Assembly: GCA_963809895.1 (NCBI GenBank)
Contig: CAWELD010000003.1
Span: forward strand, 2,624,001-2,688,000
Length of the DNA: 64,000 bases
Reading direction: 5' to 3'
DNA from: an uncultured Gemmatimonadales bacterium
Lineage (GTDB): Bacteria; Gemmatimonadota; Gemmatimonadetes; Longimicrobiales; Gaopeijiaceae
Below are positions 55,341 to 64,000 of this stretch, piece after piece. The notes beneath the pieces are model-generated. The model saw nothing but the letters and a program-made list of their open reading frames with translations. It was not told the origin of the DNA and searched no databases. The position numbers and the translations under genes were made by a program. The first letter of the stretch is position 1. Each line of letters begins with the position of its first letter.

Positions 55341-58300
55341 TCAGTTGAACTTCTCGGCCCGCTTCACCCACTTCTCCAGATCCTTCTCCTTGGGGTTGAG
55401 CGGGTCGCCGGGATGGATGATGGCCGCGGGGCACTTCTCGGCCGCCTGCACGAGCTGGGCGAAGGTGCCGGCTTTCGGGTCCTTGATGTAGGCCTGCTTG
55501 TTCTCGTTGTAGGCGAACATCTGCCCGTTCAGGTTCGTGCACTCGTTGCACGACGTGCACATGGCGGTGTCGATGTAGGGCTCGAGGGCGAAGCCGTCGT
55601 CCTCGTCCTCTGCCGCTGCGGGCTCGGTCTCGGCCGGCGCATCCGCCACGGCCACCGCACCCTCGGGCTCGGCGGCCGCCGGGGCGGCCTCGACCGGCGC
55701 CGCAGCAGCACCGTTGCCGCCGCCGTTCGCCTGGGCGGCACCCACGTCCAGCCCGCCGACCTCGTCGGCGGTGATGGGGGCCAGCGGCGTGGCGAAAGCC
55801 TGCTCCAGGAGCTGGTCCACCGTCTTGCGGCCGCCGCCGTGCTTCAGGAGGCCCTGGGCCATGCGCCGCGCCACCGCGGCCGGGAAGGTGGAGCGCAACT
55901 CGCCCAGCTTGCGCTCGTACTCGGCGCGCAGATCAGCGATCTGCTGCTCGAAGCGGGACTCGTGGACCCCGGCCAGCGTGTCCTGCACGCTCTCCGGCAC
56001 GTCCAACCCGGCCAGCTCGCGGAGCTGATGCCAGAAGAGGAGGCGCTCCTCGGCCAGCAGGATCATCTCGTTGGAGACCACCACCCGCGTGCGCTTGCCC
56101 TCGGCGTCCAACGCCCAGATGAAGGGGCGCTTGCCCGCGCGCTCCTCGGGCGACATCTCCACCATCTCGTGGAAGAGGACCAGGTCCTCGTCGTCGGCCT
56201 CGGCCAGCGCGAAGTGCTTGCGGAACCGGGTCTCGGTGTAGGCCCAGTCCGCGGTGGTGAGGGGGAGCTCCATGGTCTGGTCCGCCCCGTCCTCGTTCTT
56301 GTAGGTGAGCACGTAGGTGGGCCAGGTGTCGTCCAGCGCCGGGTTGCCGTCCAGCGTCAGGCAGTCGGCCAGGTCGCGGCCGGCATCCGGGTCGTAGGTC
56401 ATGAAGGGGAAGGCCCGGCTCTCCAGCGCCAGCTTGGCCGCCTGCGGCGCCCAGTCGTCGGCGAGGCCGTGCTCCACCGGACAGGGCGTGTAGATGTTGA
56501 AGACCGCCGGCCGGCGGGAGTTGAGGCCCTTGATGACGCCTTCCATCAGGTGCGACGCCAGAGCCTGCGAGGACTGGTGCACGAACACGCCCCGGTGCGC
56601 CATGGCGATGTAGCCCAGCTCCTTGCGCACCTCCTGCTTGCCGTGCTGCGCCTTGCCCCAGGCGCTCATGTCGGCGATCTGGCCGGTGAAGCCCGACGTG
56701 CAGGCCTGCCCACCGGTGTTGGAATACACCTGGGTGTCCAGGACCAGCACCCGGATGGGCTTTCCGCTGGCCATGAGCCGCGAGAGGTTCTGGAAGCCGA
56801 TGTCCAGCATGGCGCCGTCGCCCCCGATGCTCAGGATGGGCGGGCACAGCTTGAACTCCTCATCGGTGAGGCCCTTCCAGTCCAGGTCGTCCAGCAGCGC
56901 CTCGTCGCGCTCGGCGTCGTAGCTGCCGTCGGCCAGCTTCTCGGCCCGGCGCACCTCGGTGAAGGCGTCCACCATCTTGCGCATGTGGCCCTCGAAGATG
57001 CCGATGGCGATGGAGGGCGCGTCCTGGAAGAGGTGGTTCACCCAGGGGAAGGGATAGGGGTTGTACGGATAGGTGCTGCCCCACACCGACGAGCACCCGG
57101 TGGAGTTGGTGATACCCACCGGGGCCCGGCCGCGTCCGCTGGGTCCGCGCTCGTAGCGCCAGCGCAGATCCTGCAGGCGCTCGCGGGTGCGGTTGAGGAG
57201 CGCCATCCGGTCGCGCACGTCGTCGGGGAGGGCCACGTCCACCGTTCCGGCGGAGGCCGCGTCCACGTCGGTGTGCTCGGCTACCGCTTCGCGCACCCGG
57301 TGATCGAGCTCCTGGATCAGCCAGTCGAGTCGGGTGACGAGGCCCTTCACCCGCGGACTGCATGACGGCCTCGATGGTGCTGGTCACCAGGTGCACGGCG
57401 GTCTTCTCGCCGCATCCCATGCAGGCGCCGTCGCCTCCGGCCATGGACCGGTAGTTCTCCTTCTTGAGGAGGAGCGACGACAGCACCCCGATACCCTCGT
57501 CCAGATCGCTGACGTTGACGTAGCGGTCGGCGGTATCGGGAAGCGCCTCCCAGAAGTCCCAGTTGCGGCGCAGCCGCTCGACGATGTCCTCGTCCTGCCG
57601 CACCGTCACCAGGGCGTTCTCGGGGCAGACCTCGACGCAGATGTTGCAGCCCTTGCAGGCCTCGGGGTTGATGGTGATGGCCAGCAGCCCACCGCTGCCC
57701 TTCTCCTTGCGCTCGGGCACGTCGTAGAAGGGCGTGGTCTTCGCCACCGGGAAGTCGGCGAGCACCGAGTAGACCCCGGCCCACTCGTGGTCGAGCTGCG
57801 CCCGGCGGTCCGGATCCCAGCCCAGCTTGTCGGCCACGTTCTCGTACGCGGCGGACACGGTCTCGGCGAAGGTGTGGAACGGCACACCGTCCAGGACCTT
57901 GCGGCTCTCCCGGGCGATGTGCTTGACGATCTGTTTCACGCGGTCCGGCGAGGTGCCGTTGGACGCGGCCACGATGGCCTGTGTCCAGGAGGTCCTCCAC
58001 CGACACCACCAGCCCGGGAATCGCGGCGTCGGGGCACTGCACCCAGCACTGGCTGCAGCCGGTGCACTTGTCGGCGATGAAGTCGGGCACCTCGAAGCGG
58101 ATGTTGGTCATGTCCCGCACCGCGCTGCTGGCGGCGGGGATGGCGCTGATGGCGGCGAAGGGATCGGCGATGCCGTCCTGGCCCACCGCGCACACGGCGC
58201 ACACCTGCTCGAAGAAGCGACCCGGGCTCGGCCAGACCGGCCTCGGCGGGCACGTCCATGACCTTGGGCATGCGGCCCGCGGGCGCGTCACCCACCTCCT

Positions 58301-60447
58301 CGCCCTCGGCCGCCAGATCGGTCGGGATCCGCACGAGCTCGTCGAAGCCCCGGCGGATCACCCGCAGGTTGTCCTGCACCACCTGTTCGCCCTTCTTGCC
58401 GAACTTCTTGCGGAGCTGGGTCTCGATGCCATCGAAGAGGCGCTCTTCGCTCATCCCCTCCCGCTCCAGCATGGGCGCCGCGCGGAAGAAGGCGCCCATG
58501 AAGGCGGCGCCCTGCATGCGGTAGCGCAGCTCGGCGTCGGTGGCCTCGTCGTTGGCGATGCCGAAGCCGTCCAGCGCGTAGACCTGGATGTCCCGCTCGC
58601 GGGCGTCCCGGCGAATGTACTCGGGAAACGACGCCCAGATCTCCTCTGCCGGTCGGTCACCCTGGATCACGAAGACCCCACCCCGGGCCAGCCCGGCCAG
58701 GGGGTTGGAGTGCTTGAAGACGTTGGGGTCGGGCGACAGCACCACGTTGACGTGCTTGAGCTCGGCGTTGGGCCGCACCGGCTCGTGGCTCAGCACCGCG
58801 TAGAAGGTCGTGGGCTGGCCCTTCTTCTCGGAGCCGTACTTCGGGTTGGCCTTCACGTGCATGCCGAAGAGCTCGAAGGCCGTGAGCGCCAGGTTCTTGC
58901 CGGTGGTGATGGCGCCCCAGCCACCCACCGAGTGCATGCGGAGCGAGACCGCGTCCTCGGGCAGGAGGTTGAAGTCCCCGGCCGAGATCAACGCCCGCTC
59001 ACCGATGTCGGGATACGCCTCCAGAAGCTGGTCCTGCCAGATCTGGAGCTTGGGCAGCCGCGTGTTCTTGCGGATGAACTCGATGCCCAGGTAGAAGTGC
59101 CGGCGGTGGGGTCCCTCTTCCAGCATGTTGTCCACGGCGGAGATGAGGTCGCCGGGCTGCAGGTCACGGCTACCGAAGCCGAAGCCCGCGGCGTAGAAGT
59201 CGGGCACCTGGTCCGCCGTGATGGCCGGCAGCCCCGGGAAGGGCTGCGGGCCCGCGCCGTTGTCCTGGCCGCGCCCGAAGCGCTTCTTGCCGTTCCCGCG
59301 TGCCCGGCCGTTCTCCACGGCCTGGGCCATGGCGGCCCGGATCTCCCGGAGCAGGGGCGGATCCACCGCCAGGGGCTGGTCGACGCGCTCGAGGACCGTG
59401 ACGCCCTTCTTTCCGGCCAGCACGCTCGCCACCAGGTCCGCCGGGAAGGGCCGGAACATGGTCACGTTGAGCACGCCCACCTTCAGGTTGCGCGTGCGGC
59501 GCAGGTGGTCGGCCACGGCCTCGGCGTTGGGCACCACCGTGCCCATCCCCACCAACACCCAGTCGGCGTCGTCCAGGCGGTACCCCTGAACGCGGCCGTA
59601 CTCGCGGCCCGTCAGCTCCGTGTACTCGCGGAACGCCTGATCCGAGAGGTCCTTCAGGTGATCGAAGTAGAAGGGCCGCTGCGCCGCCACGCCCTGGGCG
59701 TAGGCGTCCTGGTTCTGGACCACGCCCAGCATGGCCGGATAGTCCAGGTTGAACAGCTCCGGAACGCGCCGGCGCTGGTCACCGAACACCAGCCGCTGCG
59801 CCGGGGTCGGGCTGTCGATCATGTCCGAGGGGTCGCCCAGGTACTCGCGAATCAGCTCCGGCTCCGGCAGCAGCACGTCTTCGATGACGTGGCTGGTGAG
59901 GAAGCCGTCCTGGGCGCTGAGCCCGGGCGTCAGCGACAGCTCGGCGATGCGGTGCGCCACGAGCGTGAGATCGGCGATCTCCTGGACGTTCTTGGCGAAC
60001 AGCTGAAAGAAGCCCGTGTCGTCGACGGCATGGTAGTCGTCGTGGCCGGCGTGGACGTTGAGGGCGTGCTTGGTCATGGCGCGGGCGGCCACGTTCAAGC
60101 ACGTAGGGCAGCCGCTTGCCCGCCGCCGCGTACAGCGACTCGTGCATGTAGGCGATGCCCTGGCCACTGGAGAAGTTCGTGCTCCTCAGGCCGGTCATGC
60201 TCATGCCCGCCGTCACACCCGCTGCCGCGTGCTCGCCCTCGGGCTCGAAGAAGATCAGACGTCGCCCGAACACGTTGCGCTTGCCGGATGCCACGGCCTG
60301 TGCCCAACCCTCGCCCATCTGCGTCGAGGGCGTGATGGGATAGGCGCCGGCGGCCTCGCTGGCGAGCGTTTCGGCGTGGACCACCGCCTCGCTGCCATCC
60401 GTGGCGGAGGGGATCCCGGGGTACCGGGGGGTGGTCTTCGTGCTCAT
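55341..60447 (-). CDS. Pyruvate:ferredoxin/flavodoxin oxidoreductase-like (NifJ/Por-type) with an extra C-terminal ferredoxin; four apparent frameshifts (~60100, ~58225, ~57980, ~57355)
   Basis: YPITPSTQMGE, EGEHAAA, NVAARA, GGWGAITTGK, YGSEKKG, CTGCSQCWVQCP, CKGCNICVEVCP, GACMGCGE, TGCSSVWG, GGDGAMLDIG, DTQVYSNTGGQ assembled across five ORF segments. Confidence 0.9.
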
Positions 60448-61298
60448 GCCACTTCACTCCCGGCCGGGATGCGGAGGGCGGGGAACTGTTGTCCCTCCAC
60501 CCAGACGATGGCCCCGGTGGGGCACCGCTCCACGGCCTTCGGGTTCTCGAGTTCGATGAGGTCGTAGTTCACCACGGCGAGCCCGTGCTCCATGGAGACC
60601 AGGCCCGTCGCGGCGTCGGACACGCAGCGGGTGCATCCGTTGCACGCCACGCTGCACACGCCTTCGGCGGCGTCGCCCTCCAGCAGGTTCTTGCACTGCA
60701 CCAGCAGGTGGGCGTCGGCGGGAAGGATGGTGAAGAGATCCAGGGGGCAGGCATCGACGCAGTCGCCACATGCCGTGCACAGCTCGAGGTCCACCACCGG
60801 CAGCCCGAACGGGCTCATGATGATGGCGTCGAAGTCGCAGGCCACGGCGCAGTCGGCGAAACCCACGCAGCCCCAGGAGCAGGCCTTGCCGCCGCCACCC
60901 ACCGCCACGGCCGCGGCGCAGCTCTCGATCCCCACGTAGTCGGCCTTGCGCAGCGCCACGTCGGAGCCGCCGGCGCACAGCAATCGGGCCACCCGCTTCT
61001 GGGCCTCGCCGGCGTCCACGCCCAGCAAGCTCGCCACGTCGTCGATCTCGGCGGCGCCCATGACCGTGCATCCGGCGGGCGCTACCGTGCCGCCCAGGGC
61101 GGCCTCGGCGAAGGCGCGGCACCCGGCGAAGCCGCATGCCCCGCAGTTGGCCCCGGGCAGCAGGTCGGAGAGCTCGTCGAGCCGGGGATCCTCCTCGACC
61201 CTCAGGCGCGCGTTCGCCAGGGCGATGAGCGCGCCGAAGGTGACGCCCACCCCGCCCAGGATGGCGGCGGAGCCGACGATGGCGGAGGGTGCGAGCAC
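60444..61298 (-). CDS. rnfB: Rnf complex subunit B
   Basis: N-terminal TM, LPGANCGACGFAGC, multiple ferredoxin motifs. Confidence 0.93.
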   Translation of the reverse strand: MLAPSAIVGSAAILGGVGVTFGALIALANARLRVEEDPRLDELSDLLPGANCGACGFAGCRAFAEAALGGTVAPAGCTVMGAAEIDDVASLLGVDAGEAQKRVARLLCAGGSDVALRKADYVGIESCAAAVAVGGGGKACSWGCVGFADCAVACDFDAIIMSPFGLPVVDLELCTACGDCVDACPLDLFTILPADAHLLVQCKNLLEGDAAEGVCSVACNGCTRCVSDAATGLVSMEHGLAVVNYDLIELENPKAVERCPTGAIVWVEGQQFPALRIPAGSEVA

Positions 61299-61308
61299 GG
61301 TCGCCTCC

Positions 61309-62327
61309 TCAGATTCCCTTGAGGTCGGTGCGGGCGAGCAGCCACGCGGCCAGGCGATCCGCCGGGTCCTCGGCCGCGGGCCCGCTCTGGGCGCCGTTGG
61401 TGGCGGGCTCGATGCCCGGCGCGGTGGCCAGCTCCAACAGGTGCCGGAGATCGCCCGCGCCGTCGGCGGGGCCGCCCCGCGCGTTCTCGAGGTCGCTCAG
61501 CACGCGCCCCAGGGCCTCCACGCCACCGGCGGCGTGCACTCGCTCCCAGGTGCGCCGTCCCGAGGCCGGGTCGTGCACGAAGGAGACGGCGCCGGCGTTC
61601 TCGTCCGCCCAGGCATGACGACGCCCGGGCCGTCGTGGGCCGCCAGCGCCTTCAGCACCGCCGGATCCGTGGTCTGGGCCACGAAGACCTCCGACGAGAT
61701 CAACCGGGCGAGGGGAGCCGACGCCACCCGGCCGTCCACCAGCAGCACGATCTTCACGGAGCCCGTCAGGAACTCGGCCAGCCCCGCCGGCCGCAGGTCC
61801 TCACCCCTCACCGACACCACCAGGGGCGGCGCCAGACGACGCTCCCGGGCGGTCCAGCGATGGAAGGGATGCTCGTGCAGGAGGGTGTGGTCGGTATCGG
61901 GATCGTACCGGTGCGAACGGGCCTTCTCCACCGCGTGGGCGACGCCGAAGGCACGACCCAGCGCGGCGAGTGCGTCGCGCACCGCGTCACGGACGTCGCC
62001 TCCCGGGGGCACCTGGACCTGGAAGGCGTCCGCGGCCCCGGCGGTCACCTCGGCGAACAGGTCGTGGGCCACGCCCATGAGACGGTCCGTAAGGGGGTCC
62101 GGAGCCTCGGCCACCGCCATGAGCCCCGCCAGACGCGACGGATCGACGCGCCCCTGGGCGAACAGCCCGAGCTCGGATCCCAGCGCAGCGCCGGGATCGG
62201 ATGTCCCCGCACGCCGGCCGCGGTAGGCGCGAACCTCTTCGTCGGCGGCCGCCACGGCGGACAGGAAGGCGTTGCGGGGGCCTTCCAGGGCCTCCAGGGC
62301 GGTCTGGGTGTGGGCGTCAGACGGCAT
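61309..62327 (-). CDS. Hypothetical protein of the oxidoreductase-Rnf operon (apparent frameshift at ~61610)
   Basis: ORFs 61497-62327 and 61309-61578 join into one protein coupled to korB and rnfB. Confidence 0.7.
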
Positions 62328-63294
62328 AGCGATCGAACTCCTGATCGAGCAGACGGATCTTGTCCGCCGCCGTGTGATGCGGCAGGTGCCGCGTCTCCTC
62401 GTACCGGGGACGCGACTCGTCGCGGAAGAAGAGGCCCAGCCGGATCTGGCTCATGTCCTCGGCCAGCTCCCGGGCCTCGTCGATGTCCCTGGGATCGTGG
62501 GGACGCTTGTGCTCGAAGAGCTTGTCGAGCTCCGGTGCCTGGATCCCGTCGTCGTGGACCAGCAGCTCCACCTGGCCCGGGTTCTTCACCACCTCACCGT
62601 AGATGTCCGGTGTGAAGTGGGGGCAGCGCTGCAGGATGCGCACGAAGGAGAATCCCCGATGCTTGTACGCCGCCTTCAGCGTGGCGAACAGGTGGGCAGG
62701 CACCCACTCGGCCGTCTGGGCCACGAACGAGGCGTTGGTGACGCCCAGCGTGGCCTCCAGCGGGTTCATGGGCGGCAGGTAGCTGCCCCGCGGCTGGGTG
62801 TTGGACTTGTAGCCCTGGGGCGTGGTGGGCGAGGTCTGCTTCTTGGTGAGCCCGTAGATGTTGTTGTCCAGCAGGAGCGCCACCATGTCCACGTTGTAGC
62901 GGATGGCGTGGATCCAGTGCGCGGCCCCGATGGACACGCAGTCGCCGTCGCCCATGACCACGAAGACCGTCAGGTCGGGACGGGCCAGCTTGATCCCGGT
63001 GGAGACCGGGAGCGCCCGCCCGTGGATCCCGTGGAACCCGTAGGTCTTCATGTAGTGCGGGAAGCGGCTGGAGCAGCCGATGCCCGACACGAACAGCGTG
63101 GTCTCGGGCTTGAGCTGTTCCTCGGCCAGGAGCCGCCGAGCGGCGGTCAGGACCGAATGGTCGCCGCAACCCGAGCACCAACGGGCCACCGGGCCTTCGT
63201 AGTCACCCATCTCGAAGTGGCGGTCATCCACCTCGTGGGCCAGGTCGAAGAGGGAGCATCCGCCCCCTCCCAGAAGCTCGAGCTCGGCACTCAT
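62317..63294 (-). CDS. korB: 2-oxoacid:ferredoxin oxidoreductase beta subunit
   Basis: WCSGCGD, SGIGCSSR, IHGRA, GDGD..NN.IYGLTKKQTSPT. Confidence 0.9.
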   Translation of the reverse strand: MSAELELLGGGGCSLFDLAHEVDDRHFEMGDYEGPVARWCSGCGDHSVLTAARRLLAEEQLKPETTLFVSGIGCSSRFPHYMKTYGFHGIHGRALPVSTGIKLARPDLTVFVVMGDGDCVSIGAAHWIHAIRYNVDMVALLLDNNIYGLTKKQTSPTTPQGYKSNTQPRGSYLPPMNPLEATLGVTNASFVAQTAEWVPAHLFATLKAAYKHRGFSFVRILQRCPHFTPDIYGEVVKNPGQVELLVHDDGIQAPELDKLFEHKRPHDPRDIDEARELAEDMSQIRLGLFFRDESRPRYEETRHLPHHTAADKIRLLDQEFDRYAV

Positions 63295-64000
63295 GCGTCA
63301 CCTCCAGGGAGATTCTCCCGGATGGCCTTCACGATGGCGCTGGGCCGAAGGGGCTCGCCCAGCACGCGCGTCCAGCAGTCCACGTCCACCAGCGTCTGCG
63401 CGCGCAGCAGCCAGGCCAGCTGACCGCGGCGGCGGTTCTCGTCGGTGATGAAGGGATCGTCCTTCCGATCCGAGTAGTTGATCTCCACCGTCATGACCTT
63501 CCGGAAGCGGCTGAAGAGGTCCTTGAGCCCCGGCGGAAGCGGCGACAGGAAACTGATGTGACACGAGGAGACGCCGAGGCCCTCCTGCCGTGCCCGATCC
63601 ACCGCCTCTTCGATGGCGCCGCGGGTGCTGCCCCATCCCACCACCAGCAGGTCACCGCTGTCGTCGCCGTTGATCTCCGGCGGCAGAAGCGCGCTCTGCA
63701 GCGCCGCCAGCTTGCGGCTGCGCATGTCCGAGGCGCGCTGATTGCTCTCCGAGTCGTAGGCGACCTTGCTGCGCTCGTCGTGGGCCAGGCCGGTGACGGT
63801 GTGCATGCCACCGGGGCGCCCCGGGATGAAGCGGTCGCTGATGCCCGTGCGAGGATCCCACTGATAGGGCTGTGAGCCCTCACCCACGGGAGACTGATCC
63901 GGCGGGCCTGCCTGCCACGACTCGTCGAGCTTCGGGCGGGGGAACGGTGCCACGCCGGTGGCCAGGTTGGCATCGGAGAGCACCATGACCACGGTGCGGA
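63291..64000 (-). CDS. korA: 2-oxoacid:ferredoxin oxidoreductase alpha subunit (partial, 5' end beyond window)
   Basis: LSDANL, TGLAHDE, LVVGWGST.GAIEEAV, VEINY; coupled to the beta subunit. Confidence 0.88.
   Translation of the reverse strand, partial: RTVVMVLSDANLATGVAPFPRPKLDESWQAGPPDQSPVGEGSQPYQWDPRTGISDRFIPGRPGGMHTVTGLAHDERSKVAYDSESNQRASDMRSRKLAALQSALLPPEINGDDSGDLLVVGWGSTRGAIEEAVDRARQEGLGVSSCHISFLSPLPPGLKDLFSRFRKVMTVEINYSDRKDDPFITDENRRRGQLAWLLRAQTLVDVDCWTRVLGEPLRPSAIVKAIRENLPGGDA

Noticed and set aside
55341..60447. PFOR as a pseudogene or as several split subunits
   Set aside because: All motifs are intact and collinear, and the breaks are simple indels like those elsewhere in the window.
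1..64000. CRISPR arrays, tRNA/rRNA genes, integrases, transposases, phage genes
   Set aside because: None recognised on reading either strand; the repeats found are two-copy duplications, not arrays.

Overview
High-GC bacterial chromosome segment; gene content and protein styles suggest Gemmatimonadota (Longimicrobiales-like), which is an inference. Core genes: a tdh-kbl-fhs threonine/C1 operon, rlpA, ilvA, DEAD-box helicases, HU, a TrkA-type K+ channel, infA, two CBM9/DUF5916-like proteins, a cyclophilin, and a large minus-strand redox operon (korAB, hypothetical, rnfB, PFOR-like oxidoreductase, rnfCDGEA, three small Cys-rich proteins). Accessory DNA at about 3.3-12.3 kb and 14.6-23.4 kb contains cassettes bounded by direct repeats and duplicated genes, plus vapBC and hipBA-like toxin-antitoxin modules. 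Best leads: (1) an unannotated ~380-390 nt highly structured RNA between ilvA and rlpA with raiA-motif-like conserved elements and its own terminator; (2) a module seen three times: regulator + beta-propeller protein + small secreted 6-7 Cys protein; (3) G10 tracts inside the -35/-10 spacers of two homologous accessory promoters, a possible phase-variation switch; (4) a 43-aa TM + CxxCxxxCxxC protein after rnfA that the ORF track missed. At least 12 apparent frameshifts, many in housekeeping genes, point to long-read indel errors, so pseudogene calls and homopolymer lengths are unreliable.
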